Origin: Chlorokybus atmophyticus
Taxonomy: Eukaryota > Plantae > Mesostigma and Chlorokybus algae
Length of the DNA: 64,000 bases
Assembly: GCA_009103225.1 (NCBI GenBank)
Contig: RHPI01003009.1
Coordinates: forward strand, 461,465-525,464
Direction of reading: 5' to 3'
Position 1 is the stretch's first letter; every line of letters starts with the position of its first letter. The translations under genes were made by a program, and so were the position numbers. Below the pieces are notes generated by a model. It had not been told where the DNA came from and searched no databases. It saw only the letters and a program-made list of their open reading frames with translations. Positions 24,113-38,594 of the stretch are shown piece by piece.

Positions 24113-25608
24113 CATTATTTCTCACCCCTCCCGTCCCGTGTCGTTCCGACACGGTCGTCCCCGGCACCCCGAACGTGCCCCTCTTGCCGGGGGAGGACAC
24201 TACGTTGCGTGGTTCGTGGACGATACCGCCACCGCCGGGACCGCGCTTCTTCGCCTGCTTGTGTTGAATGTTGCGAACGAGCTCTGTGTGATCGTGTTGG
24301 ACATGTTGGGGATGAGACTTCTCCCACTTACCAAGTGGTCGATCTCGGGCTCGTGCGGCCACGCCTTGCCGATACTGCCCTCGTAACTTCCCAAACCAGT
24401 GCTGCCAGACAACTGAGAGTTGAACGCGAAAGTCGGGTTGGGTGTGCGCGTGCGCGAGATAGTCAACCACACGTGCAATCCTCAATTGCCACTGACGTCC
24501 TACAATCCTTTCCTCACCTCCTTTTCAATGGGCTGGCGGGCTTAAACGCTGCTGTTGCCACATTGCTGGACCGCAGGGTCTGCGTGCGCATACGCATTGG
24601 GGGGGGAGGGGGGGGCAATTGGTGCATGGCGTAGTGCCAATGTGAACTACAACATCAGCAACAACATGACGATGTTGTGCAAGTGGCGCATTCATGAGCT
24701 TTAGGCTTTACCTCCAGCATGGCGAGCCTCTCCTTGTAGGGCCTCTCATACGGCACACCCTGCGTGGGTAGAAACAATGTATCAGACACATGTTGTGCAC
24801 GCACGCACACGCACACGCTGCGTGCTGATGACACACAGACATAGTGCGCTCCCGCACCGACGTCACCACTCACCTGCGACAGTGGCCTGAACTTGTCGAA
24901 TGTGGCGTCCGTGAGCTTGCCGGTCTTGTTGCCGCCGCGCGTGCGGAAGCCAACGCCGCCCCAACGCGCGGTACGGTTCGTCTCACCCGCAGCTGCACGC
25001 GCACGTGTGGGTATGCGTGCACGTGCGCGTGCGCGTGCGTGTGCGAATGCCTGTGCGTGTGCGTGCACGTGTGTGTCTCAAGGGATGGCAGTAGTGGTAT
25101 GCTCATAGTACTCATGGTAGTAGTGGTGGTGGTAATATATTTACTGATGTGGTAGTATATGTTGGTAGTAGTAATGGCGGTGATCTAATGCATCGTGAGT
25201 TGACAGTAGTTGTAGTGAACTAGTGCCGCCACTACTACTGTGAAACCAGCAAATGCTGATCGAGTGAGTTCCAGTGTGGGGTTGACAAAGTGTGTGCGCC
25301 GAGTAACTTACACGCAATTTTCTGTCTTTCTTCCCTGATCTGAATCCATCTAAGACTGATTTGACTTGTTTGCCAACTCCAATGACGTGCACGGTACCAA
25401 CACAGATGCAATCTTGAAACAAAGCCGCTGAGTGTCAAGCCAACAACAGCGTGGTAACAAGGCCCCATGTGAATTCATCACATTTGGACGTGATGAACGA
25501 CTATACTGTGCATAACAGCAACACCAAAGACTCACTGTTTGGTTTGTCATAGGTGTCCCCCAGCCCGATGAAGCCCGGCTCCTCAAAGAACCCATACTTG
25601 GTAGTCAT
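22860..25608 (-). CDS. FAP96: Cilia/flagella-associated protein 96 (C4orf47/DUF4586 family)
   Basis: The spliced product reads MTTKYGFFEEPGFIGLGDTY (exon 25608-25536) ... KTGKLTDATFDKFRPLSQ (24992-24874) | GVPYERPY ... AFKPASPLKRSTGLGSYEGSIGKAWPH ... PRNVVSSPGKRGTFG ... YLYAADDYD ... FRPSHP ... GAFARFPEYVPDP ... FVPPNGPKT ... TGA at 22862-22860. These motifs are colinear with CFAP96 as I recall it. Confidence 0.85.
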
Positions 25609-26515
25609 TGTGGGAGTGTGTGTGGGTGTGTGAGTGGGTGAGTGTGGGGTTTCCTGTGAGCTGGGTTTCACAATTGACACAGCCCTATCTGATCAAAGCA
25701 AAACTGAGGTGGGGAGTAACAGCAGCGATGGTGACTGCTCATAGCCACATCATCAGTCATGTTGCAGTGTTGACATTGCTATGCTACAGTCGCTGATGGC
25801 TCATTACGTGGTTGGTTTGTACTGACACTATGTTTATTAGATCACAATCTCTCTACGTGTGTAGGCAGAGGAGTTGAGTAGTGTGTATCTCAAAAACAGG
25901 TGCTTTGCCTGAAGGTGTTGGGGTCACACTCACGCTCGCAAACCACACACACACGCACACACCCCTACACACCCTGTTGGGGGTCAGCCCTTGTGGGCTT
26001 AGATAGTATCAACTTGCACTTATATAGGCTTGTACGTCACCACAGCAATGGTACGACACTCTCAAACAGAGACCAAAAGGCATCACGTGACGTAATGGAA
26101 AACTTCCTGTATGGCGCTGCCAGTCGCCTTTCGTGTCATATTTTGCGGCCAGTCATGTAAGCCGATATCGGTGTGGGTCTTAACAAACCGCTGCTGCAGA
26201 CTAGTAAGAACGAACTGTCTGCAGTTAGTTGGTAGGGCGGCCTACGTGGCGGCGGCGGCGGCGCCTTCGTTGTCGTTGTCGGGTGGCTGGTTTGGGAGGC
26301 GACCTATTGCGGCTCTAGCAATTATTAAGTTCAAGGTGGAACGCTTGTGCCATACAGCAGGAGGGAAACTGTCGTTGCGCCTCCCTCGCCACTGCTAGCT
26401 GTCTGCAAACTTACCTGGCCAGGCCACTGAGACCTGGAACCAGGCCAGACGCTCTCTTCGGACCGACCGAGATCAGGCCAGCCCAAGCGGTACGTGAGAG
26501 TAAGGGTTTGCATGC

Positions 26516-28467
26516 ATGGGCAACGTGGGCGGGAAGGAGGAGTCGCCGCAACAGGGCGAGACGACTACATCAACCTCCACTTTCTCCTCCGCTGCTGCCG
26601 CCGGCAGCAGTGAGGCCGGCGGAGGAGAAAGCGGAGGAGGAGCAGGGGGAGCAGGGGGAGGGAAGAGCGTGCCTGAGAAGGTGCACGAGCTGTATTACCG
26701 AGTGTTTCCGGGCGCCAACTGCCCCGTCACAGGCGGCGCCTCCAGCAGCGATTCCCCTGGCGACAACAAGCAGCAGGTTAGGACTGGAAGAGCTCCTTCA
26801 GGGTTTCTGTCTATTGCGATTGCTTATGTCGTTGTGTGGTTGGTATGTTAAGGTTGCGTGATATGACTAGGCATCAGGCATTTGTTGGGAGCGTCGAGCT
26901 TCACCTAACAAACTGTTGCTGTGTTGGGTTTGTCATCTCACATTTGCTGCCCAATTTTTCTTGTGCGTTTTGCTCGTTGTTATCTCACCTGCATGTTTGC
27001 ACAGTTGTCACTCAGCTCATCTCATGCACCCGTCATCAATTATTGTATATATCAGCAACCAGCCCCGCAAAGTGCTTGTTGTTACTCACACATCCGGTTT
27101 TGTCCATCGCAGGATGGCAACGCTGCCGAGTACGAGCACCCCTACCAGTACAACGTGTACGGCGAGCGCGTCGATCCCGCTGCCAAGCTGGAGGGCGCCG
27201 TCCCGCCAGAGAAGCTCCTCGCACCCCCCGCGTGGGTGTACGCGCCCGCCATACTGGCGGAGAGACTGGAACTGCAGCAGAGAAGGGAACGGATAAACCC
27301 AGCAAATATGGTGAGTGCAAGGGTTTGTGTGGGATGTTATGTGCGAGCACTCCATGTGTGGGCATGTGTAGTGTCTTGTCTGTGTGCATTGAACGCATGC
27401 ATACCTGCACGCGTCTACCTAGTCAACCGTGTGCGATGTAGCTGTAGATGTATCGCTACACAATCCCTGTTGCGCACGTGCATGAGGTTGTACCAAAGCA
27501 GGGGCGAACGTGCGTGCGTGCTCGTGTGTCACACAAACCACGTTGTCTGATCAGTTTCGCCATGTTGTAAACTTGCTCAGATGCCTTTGGAGCCCAACCA
27601 GCGTCCCGCCCCGGACCAGAAGGAGCCGTTGTCCCGCGACCGCGTGCGCTCGTCTATCCCCAAGGCCGGCACGCGCGAGGACGCGTGGGTGTACCCGTCG
27701 CCGCAGATGTTCTTCAACTCGCTGAAAAGGAAGGGGAAGGCCGACGACGTTACGGAAGCGGACATGGAGGTGTGTACACTCGATGGATCAGTCGTTCTGA
27801 TCTGAGCAGTGCTGAAGCTTAAGGGCGGTTGTGCATTAAAACTAGATGTTGCGTACAGTGTGTCACATGCACGCAGATATGCATGCGCTTTGCGTGTTGG
27901 GTTGATGATGATGTGTTGTGACCGGTTCATGAACGCAGCCACACGCATGCGCACACGTACACAAATCTGCTTGTACGTGTCTGCTACGATTTGTTCTACA
28001 CTACACCATGTGTCATACTCATATAACATACGCGTCTCGCATCTCACAGGTTGTTGTGGCGACGCACAACACGATGAACGAGATCACCTGGCAGCGCGCC
28101 CTCGAATGGGAATCTCTCTACGGTCACCTCCGTCCCGACCTCGCTCCTTACCCACCCAAACTCCTGCACTTCCGCGGCCGCCCTCACGACTTATCTCCCA
28201 AAGCTCGCGTGTACACATTTCTCGGCTTGCGCTCCAAACCCTTTGATCGCCACGATTGGGTCATTGACAGAGGTGGCCGCGAGTTCAGATACGTGATTGA
28301 TTTCTACTTTGATGAGGAGAAAGCGGGGAGACCAGAGGCGTTTGACATTGATCTGAGGCCCGCGTTGGACTCGCCGCAAGCCGCGTGGTTGAGGGTGAGG
28401 ATGGGGATGGAGGAGATGAAGAGGAGGATGGGGTTGGGTACGATGCTGGAGGGGGGGAGGGGAGAGG
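26516..28467 (+). CDS. HCCS: Holocytochrome c synthase (cytochrome c heme lyase); 3' end runs into a gap
   Basis: MGN start; CPV heme-regulatory motif in exon 1 (26516-26776). Exons 27113-27310 (INPANM), 27581-27769 (MPLEPNQ...SSIPK...WVYPSPQMFFNSLKRKG) and 28050 onward (HNTMNEITW...FRGRP...SPKAR...PFDRHDW...RYVIDFY...D.RPALDS). Confidence 0.95.
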
Positions 28468-29721
28468 NNNNNNNNNNNNNNNNNNNNNNNNNNNNNNNNN
28501 NNNNNNNNNNNNNNNNNNNNNNNNNNNNNNNNNNNNNNNNNNNNNNNNNNNNNNNNNNNNNNNNNNNNNNNNNNNNNNNNNNNNNNNNNNNNNNNNNNNN
28601 NNNNNNNNNNNNNNNNNNNNNNNNNNNNNNNNNNNNNNNNNNNNNNNNNNNNNNNNNAGGGGGGGAGGGGAGAGGTGGGGGTGGGGGTGGGGTCGGCTGC
28701 AGGGAGGGATGATGCGCGCGCGTGAGGGGTTGTTGTTGAGGTGAGGTGGGTGAATTGGCTAAGTATCTGTTTTGGGTAGTAGAGGTAGGTAGGATTGTTA
28801 TGCTACAATTTTGTTGTGGGAGTGTTGGTGCCATAATTGCGCGGCTTCTGTGATGAAGCTGGTCGCAGGCATGAATTAGGTAGTAGCTATGAAGCAATTG
28901 AAGAGTGCAGAGTGAGATGTTCGACATTGAGACATAGGCAACATTGTCAGATGACAATGTTCGGGGGCGAAGTCAGGCTTTCTTGTGAACTAGCTGCCAT
29001 GTGTGATGTGTGCGACACTCAGATGGTGTACAAGAGATAGTATGCTAGATTGGTGGCATGCATGGTGTCAAACGCACGCCAAGTCATGCATAGCAGCACA
29101 TGGCACATGCAGTCTCATGCCAACACTGCACACCACTCAGTCACCATGTGCTATGACCAGCTACAGTAAGTCTTTTCTGGTTGACGAATGCATTAGTGTG
29201 ACTACTTGCTGTCTCACAATTGCTGCCTCACAATTGCTGCGACGTTGTTGAATCCATACTCATAGCAATGTTACACTGCTGTAAGTGACTCGCCTTCATA
29301 ATGCAGACTGATCATCGTGCGTGCTGCGACAAGCATTCACACAAGTCATGTCACTTGACTAGCTTGGCGTCATGTGTAACGCTTGAAGAGCCAAAATTGT
29401 ACACATGATAGGACACTGTGATCCCTCTCGAGCAGGCTGCTAGCCCAAGCTGCAGCACCCTAGCCACTATAAACTGCTTGGTGAGGTGTGCAATAGGGTG
29501 CGTGCAATGCTGGTGTGCATGTGGCATGGGGTTGCCTGTACACAACAGCACGTCATATGTCTTGTACAGTAAGCGTCCAACACGATTCAGGTTACCAGTG
29601 TTGGCAGCATCAAGGTTGGTGACAACCTGTGTCAAGGCGAGATGAACACCACCTTCACCTGTTGTTAACACCAAGCACACCAGACGCGCATCAGACTGGC
29701 AATTGCATAACTTAGTAGTTG

Positions 29722-30977
<1,256 letters not shown>

Positions 30978-32524
30978 GTTGGCTACGAGGACACGCCACG
31001 GCTGCGCTATGTGCCTCGTCGTGGTGGGCGCTTTATCTGATTGTAAGGCTGCCCACCCATGACAACATCGTTATTGAGTGTAGTAACACGGACTTGTGTC
31101 AAGCAGTCCGCATCACAATCTAACAAACATACGACGTTCAATGCACTCCTGTCAACCATTCACGCAAGTTACATTTGTCAAGGATGACGCTATCCAATCA
31201 AGAAAGCATGACAGCCCACACTGGCTTGCACATATGTACCATGTCCTTACAAACAGCACATATATCCAAGTACTGACAGAAGCCCCAACCCACATTGCCA
31301 ATGCATGAATGCGTTACACAGCTTCTTGTCATAGACGATACGCTTCAGGTTTCTGCTGGAAACAGCGTTCACCAAGGTGCAAGCACTGGAATTGCACTCG
31401 TTTATACAAACACCCTCAGCCCATACCACGCAGGCTCACCACTGCTTATTGGCGTAGTGGCAGCAGCTCGCATCCAGGTGCTAGCAACACCTCTGGGCAG
31501 TGCCGCCGCCGCCGAACGCATCCGTGAGCGCTATGATACTCCTCCCCCACCCTGCTCCTTCAACCACCTGTCCTCCTCGCCGTCCTCCTCGTCCTCGTCC
31601 TCCTCCACCGCCGCCAAGCAGCAGCCCTACCCTAATTCACACTGGTTCACTGATCGCAGCTTCAGTTGCTCACCTGCGTTCGGTGAAACTCCTGTCCCAA
31701 CGGGATCACATCACTGAACCCAACAGCACTGATCCCCGGATCACAAAGCTGTCACTCAGTCAGCAATCAGCAACAGTGATCCTGCTGAGGTGGCGGGGGC
31801 GGCGGCCGTGCTGGAGGCGGCGGGGGTGGTGGTGGAAGATACGGTGGTAGTGGTGGTGCGGGCTTGAGTAGTTGTTGTAATCAGGAGGAAGGAAATTCTT
31901 GAAGTTGTCAGCTTGGGTGCAAAGCGGAGCACAATGAGCAAGGTCAGTGAGTCGTTGGCTCGCTGATTGCATGCCCTTGCATGCATGCTTGCTCGATTGC
32001 TTGCTTGCTTCTGTGTGCAACAACTTTAGCTGTAGAGTGTCTCTTCAGCGTGCAGTCAGTGGGTTAGTGCGCTGTTAGCTGCTTGCTTGTCCCTCTCTGC
32101 AATGACAATTGGGTCGCAACGTCACGCAAGGTCGCTGCTCGCTTCTAGGCTGCTGAATGCTTTTGGTGCTTGTTAGTTTGCTTGTGTGCAAATTGCAGAA
32201 TCAGTAAGTGCTGTTTACAACTTACAACTCAATGTCAATTAGCTGAGTAGCTTCACTGCATGCACCATGCGCAAATCATATATCAAACATATGTAAACTA
32301 TACTAGGTGACTTGTACGCGGTGTACACGCAATCACGTGTGTAGATGTTTGATGCGTGCTCATGCAGCTGTTACGGCGCATAACATGTCACAACTCAAAC
32401 AACATCAATGTACTAGGGCTTAGTTACAGGCACTTGTGAGACATCTGCCAAGCTACAGTATGTAATTGTCTTGAAATATTGTAGACAATATATAACACCT
32501 GGCTTTTTGAGTGACACATATCTC

Positions 32525-35246
32525 ATGCCGACACTACCACCATCAGCATGCGGGCCAAAGACTGGATGCTACCAACCAAAAGTACCTTTTGACGCGTGTG
32601 TACTGATTTCGTGTACTGAGTTTTTGTTGATTAGACACCAGACTAGTCTGTGTCAATTGCCCCTTTCGCGTTTGCAGGAATTGCTTTTCTTGCCGGCTTT
32701 GCGGCTGGTCCAAAGAGTGGTGGACTGGCTGCCGCCGGACCTGGTGGCAAAGGCCAGCTCAGAGCCTTATGACTGGATGCTCAGCGCCACAGCCTCTATG
32801 GTCACTTGCATTCTGGTAAGGGGAAGAGCAACTCAGGTATTCAGACAGTGTGCGCATGTGTGTGGGTGTGCATGCATGCGCCCACGCGCGGCTGCGTGCG
32901 TGTGTCTGCATGCGTGTGCAAGTTCTTTGTGCTGCGCACGCATGAGGTTTTGAAACGCGTGCGCACGTGCGTGCACATGCATGTACGCTCGCACGCTCAA
33001 GTGCGCGCGCGTGCGTGCGTGTGGCGCACATGGTGGTGGTGGTGGTGTGTGTGTTGGGTGGGTGGGTGCGTGGGGGGGGGGGGNNNNNNNNNNNNNNNNN
33101 NNNNNNNNNNNNNNNNNNNNNNNNNNNNNNNNNNNNNNNNNNNNNNNNNNNNNNNNNNNNNNNNNNNNNNNNNNNNNNNNNNNNNNNNNNNNNNNNNNNN
33201 NNNNNNNNNNNNNNNNNNNNNNNNNNNNNNNNNNNNNNNNNNNNNNNNNNNNNNNNNNNNNNNNNNNNNNNNNNNNNNNNNNNNNNNNNNNNNNNNNNNN
33301 NNNNNNNNNNNNNNNNNNNNNNNNNNNNNNNNNNNNNNNNNNNNNNNNNNNNNNNNNNNNNNNNNNNNNNNNNNNNNNNNNNNNNNNNNNNNNNNNNNNT
33401 GGGTGCGTGGGGGGGGGGGGTGGTAGGAGGGTTGATGCTCAGGGTGGTGGAGATGGAGTGAGACTGCATGCGAGCATGACCACTCAACATGTTGATCAGA
33501 TTTGTACACATCTCGTTTGGGTTTTTTCGTAGGTGTTCTGGTACTCCCAACACTTCACCTCCCTGTTCTTCACAACGTACCGGTCCCTCCCTGCCGCTGA
33601 GAGATGTGAGTGGGACAGCAGGTACCGCACTGTGTGTGTCATAGAGTGTCATTCGTTACTTACTCGAGTCCAAAACTCAAGTTGGAAAAGAAAGAAAGTC
33701 CGGCGTGACCTCATGTGATGTCCTGAAAGATTTGCAATATGTGTTGTGTTGTGCAGAGTCCCGTCGACAGTGCACGCCATATTTATCACAGCTGCGGCAT
33801 ACTACTGCTTCTTTGAGAGCAACGTGTTCGTGGCAAGGCACGGCACAAAGGAGGTGCTGCAGAGGGAAGACAGCATTACCCGCAACGCGCTAGGGGTAAG
33901 AGAAATGTATGTACCTGTGTGCAGATTAACTTCATCACAGATGGCTGTCCTGTTGCACAGAGTAAATATTACCTACTGGTGTAGTGAATTCGATACTTTA
34001 GCCTGTTAGCCTCTGTTAGCCTAATATTGCATACTCCATTGTCTTCCTGTTAATGTGTACTGAGCAACACTCCTTGCACGCAGGTGTCCTTGGGCTACTT
34101 TGCCTATGACCTCTGGGCCATTTTGAGAAATTACCCCCACTTGGGAGGGAAAGAATTTGTAAGTAGCAGTTGGTATTGATGTTACAAACTCCGTCAGTCG
34201 GTTGGTGGTGGCGTTACACAACCTGCGTGACGGTTGTTGCAGATTTTCCACCATGGCATTGCGCTCATGTCTGTCCTTCTGGGCCTCATCACCAAAAAGG
34301 CGCACTACTATGTGTTGATGTTGCTCGCAACCGAGTTGACGACGCCATTCGTGAATGCAAGATGGTGAGTCCTGTTACAGCGCTCACATGCAATGCGTCT
34401 GTAGTATGAATACCATATCTTCGAGTAAGAAGGTGGTATTCTCTTGCTTGACACACCGAGTATATAATGATGTTGTGTGTGCTCAGGTATTTTGCGCAGT
34501 CTGGAATGCGGGACTCGGGGCTGTACACTATCAATGGCGTCATGCTATTCATATCTTGGCTGGTGAGAACTACAGCCTATCTTTTCAGCTGTTGTAGCGT
34601 CGGATTGCAGCGTCTTTAGTTGCCTTTGCATGTATGCAAGCTTGGCTGTTGTCAGTAAGCAGGCGATTGTTGGCTCTGTATCATTGTTCTTGCTGGATGT
34701 CTGTATGTTGTCTGGTTTCAGGTTGGGCGCATTGTGCTGTTCGGTTACCTCTTCTGGCACATATATGATCACCGAGACGAAGTAAGTGCTCCGTATGTGT
34801 ACACCAAAGCAGATGCACAACAGCATGCAGAGCACCCTATGGGTCCCTGGAGTGCGCTTTGCATGCCATCACCACTCGTCACACAAATAGCATTGACACA
34901 TGCGTGCATGCACACATGTGGGTGCGTGTGCCCACCCATTCATACGCACGCATACACGTGCACGCGTTCCCGCGCACATGCACGCACGCACGCACGCAAG
35001 AACGCACTTTCAATAAGCACGCACACGCACACGTACACAGTGAGTTGCCTCGCCAGAGCTGACTATCACGCCCGCGTACAGGTGAAGCACTTGTGGGGTC
35101 CGGCCGCAGCAGTGCTGATGGTGGTGCCACCGGTGCTCGGGGTCCTCAACGTATACTGGTTTGCGAAGATCACGCTGGGCGTCATGAAGTTGCTGTCGGG
35201 AGGGAGCGTGGAGGCCGCCACTAGAAAACAAAAGAAGGCGCAGTGA
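32525..35246 (+). CDS. TLC (TRAM/LAG1/CLN8)-domain membrane protein, TMEM56-like
   Basis: The spliced product has EWDSRVPSTVHA, SLGYFAYDL, IFHHGIA, LATELTTPFVNARW, YTINGVMLFISWLVGRI and LNVYWFAKI, with TGA at 35246. One intron spans the 33084-33399 gap. Confidence 0.9.
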
Positions 35247-35814
35247 GGTGGGGCAGGAGTAAGTGGGGTGGTTGTAGCATTAGCTTAGCAGCGTGTAGCG
35301 GAGAAGAGGTGAGTGGCGAAGCCTTGGTAGTTGGGAAAGCGTGCAGTTTCTCTCAGTTCATTAATGGGTGTGCTCGATGCTGTTGCATTGGGGCTGAACG
35401 CTATGGGACATTGGCATGTAGCAATGTTGAATATGTATGCCTGTATTAGTTCACATAGGTTCTTGGACCAATGTGATTGACCAGTTTCCACTGACAGTGA
35501 GATGTATCATGACTAATGTGCGACCACTCACTGGCAGAAAAGGCGCGCAGCTGCACGTTACATTGCTGTTGAGCATCGACGAAGAGGAACTGAGTGTTGA
35601 AGATAAACATTGACCTTGAGAATTTGAACAAGCCAGACAAAGGCCTTGATCTCAATATTGTAGTGTACGGCACGCAATGTGCACGCCCAGACAAACATTT
35701 TGACGGCGGGGAATGCGCAACCACTCCACAAACAGTGAGCTAACAATCACTCTTAAATACTAATGTATATACCTTCTACCTACCCACTACCTCGTGCTCA
35801 CCCAGCCCACGCCG

Positions 35815-38594
35815 TTACCTTGATGATCTCCTAGGGATGACGGCCCTCCCCTCCTGTTGTTGTATTACCTGCACCCGCCCTTGCCGGTTGACTTCGAAGA
35901 GCAGTTCGGCGGGGGAGGCATCGATGTTGCCGGCATGGTCGCGAGCGCGCGCCTGCACTGCGTGTGTGCCGGGTGTGAGGTTAGCGAGGGCGAGTTCAAA
36001 GCCAGGTCCGAGCTTCGCGAGTTTGGTAATAGAGCTCCACGGTTCCCCGTCGAGGCTGTAGTCGAAGGCATACGCGGATTCCGTTGCGGGCTCACCCTCA
36101 CCGGGAAGGATGTTTATGGCCAACCGCACGCCAAAGGCATCCGCGAGCCAACCATGATGAAGCTCCGTGCGGGGGGCGATGGTGTCTACTGTCCACAAGT
36201 GCCGTGCGGGTGCAGACTCGATTGCTCCTGTCGTGTCCACACAATGCACACGCAGGTTGTGCGCGCCCTCGGCGAGGTTGTTGTACACCACTGTGGAATT
36301 GCAAGGGATCCCTTCAGCGCCGTCCAGGCTGCAGATGAAAGAACAACTGTCTTCAGAGCTGGTCAGCGAGAATTTTGCTGTCCTGCTGTTGGTGAACTTG
36401 GCCGGTGCGTCGGTGATCTCCATTGAAGGCTGCGTGAGCTTGATTGTCCAGGCGTACGTGACGCCTTCGTTGGGTTCTCTGTTGCCCACTGCGTCAATTG
36501 ATCGCACGGAGAATTCGTGCTCACCAGCTGGCAGCCCAACAAGGCTGACAAAACTCTGGTCTGTCTGCTTCCACTCCTGGCTGTCGAGTCTGTACTCGTG
36601 TGTGCACAGGGACGCATCTTCGCACGTCCACGTAAACTTGGCCGAAGTCTTTGCGCTGACTTTCTGCGGGGACGTGACGAGGATGGTTTTTGGTGGGGTT
36701 TTGTCCACAGTGACATCAAACGTGATAGGAGTGCAATCGGGTCTGTTGCGGAAGTCCACTGCTCGCACCCGCAGCGAGTACGCGCCGTCAGGAAGGTTCC
36801 TCAGCATGAGCTCCGCAGTGCGAGGCAACATGAGCACTTCATTGTTGCCGCGAGTCCACGCGGACCCGTTCACGCTGAACTCGAAGGAATACTGCGGGAT
36901 GTCGGCTTGCAGCTTGAGAGTGAGCGACACTCCCGCATCCGTCCTCAACAATGTTGGTTCCTGCTTGCATGACAGCAATCAACGTGTGATCACAAGAGAC
37001 AGGTCTACTTGTACAGTGTACAGCAGTGTGTACAACTCGTACCTGCACGATGATGGTATCAACAAATGATGTGCGCCACGTGAACTCCTTCTCGGTGCCA
37101 ACATTCCCGCAATCGTCAACTGTCCGCACGCGTGCCACATGAATGCCTTCAATGCCAGCCGGAATGGTTGACTTCACTGTCCTGGGAGACTCCGTGAAGT
37201 TGGTCTTTGCTGTTCGCCGCCAAGCAGCACCGTCGATGCTAATCTGCAAAGCAAGTACGACCATGAGTACGACTGAAAAAACAGTGAGTGAAGTACGCCT
37301 TCATGGAGCTGACCCGTGAACAGTCAGGCCTGTATATACCTCACATGCGAACTTGGTAGCATCGCTGCCAATCTCAATTTGGATGTCTGTTCCGGGAGCG
37401 ACCCTTTTTGTAGGCATGGATACGAGCGTGGTGGTGGGTTTGCGCACTGTCCATGTTGTTGCAAAGGGCTTCAGCGTCCCTTCGGGAGTCAGCGTGCGCA
37501 CTTGCACTGTGTGGTCTCCTGCTTTGAGTCCTTCAAGCGAATGTGGGAGTATGGATGCCTGTACAGATGGAGACAGTCAGTCACTCCTGTTTGTCAAGCA
37601 AAACAGCTTGTTTGGGTTGAAGCACTGAGAGCAAATCCTCACTTTCTTCGCCCAGTTGACTGCCTTCTTTCCAAGCCCAAGCTTCAAGTCTGGCTCAGAC
37701 TCCAACCGAGCAGCCTGCACGGGGCCACATTTTGCATTTGGCAACTGGGAAGGCAGTGAGTCAACACAAATGTTCTGGCTGTGCTATGGCAAGCTTGCAC
37801 ATGTACTTGCTTAGTATAATCCTACTCTGCATTGGCCAGGTCACACACATGAAACCAGCACTGGATGCACGGTCAACAGTAAGGTGCATACTAGCCCACG
37901 GCACAGCCAACGCCAGGATGGTCGAAACATGTCAAGTAACAATCAGACTACCAATGGAGTGGTGACAAACAGACACTTGCGCGCTGAGTTGACTATGTGA
38001 CAAGCATTGGATTCACAGCAGCAATGCAGAGTGCTTGACCGAAAAGTAAGTAACAACGAGCTGTGCTTCACAACAGCAAAAACAGTCAAGTACCTGCGAG
38101 ATAGCAATGAAGTGGCTGCCGAGTGTCCAGGGCCCGTTGTCAAGGGAGACCTCATAGGCCCACAGGTTCTCTTCTGAGGTGATGGTGAGAGCGACGGAGC
38201 AGCTGTTGACAACGCCGGACGGAAACCTTCTCACCAGCGTTTGCGTCTCAGCTTGAACGGCTGTTGTTGTGAAGACCAGCAAGTAGCACAGCGCGGCAAG
38301 TAGTAGCAACACCCTTGACCTTGCCGGCCGCACCCCTGCCCAGGACCACCTTGACCTCGTCGCAAGCATCCACCCGCCTGTCCCTTCCCCCCTAAAGCAG
38401 CTTCTTTCCTGACCAGTGCTGCGGTCTTCTCTCCTGCTGCTGCTCACAGCAGCTCTGTCCGAGCTGAAGGCAGCTGCTGTTGTTACATGCTTTAAGCTGG
38501 AAACTGCTGCATCAAAAGCGTCTGGTGCTGCTGGTGATGTTGTTCTGCCGCTACTGCTGCACTCACTTGAGCCGCTCCTCCCAGCTGACTCCAT
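35815..38594 (-). CDS. Secreted or N-terminally anchored protein with about 6 bacterial-type Ig-like repeats
   Basis: The repeat is [YF]S[LIV]DG..W...GL..G.H...VR.VD..GN......W.VD..PP, found in exons 38094 onward, ~37550-37340, ~37245-37047 and 36960-35815. A hydrophobic stretch VLLLLAALCYLLVFTTTAVQA precedes the first repeat. The start is either ATG 38594 (type II anchor) or ATG 38369 (signal peptide). Confidence 0.85.

Noticed and set aside
24500-24570. Apparent frameshift in the intact FAP96 copy
   Set aside because: Using the downstream acceptor CTGGCAG|CACT restores FKPASPLKRSTGLGSY, so the gene is intact.
24655-25068. FDKFRPLSQGVPYERPYKERLAMLE resembling a DNA ligase or capping-enzyme motif
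   Set aside because: Full splicing places it inside FAP96, with several other colinear CFAP96 motifs and no KxDG motif.
3-25400. Many His/Thr/Ala/Arg-rich or Cys/Val-rich ORFs (e.g. 3298-3729, 21217-21954, 24844-25155)
   Set aside because: They are translations of CA/TG-type intronic tracts or antisense frames of real exons.
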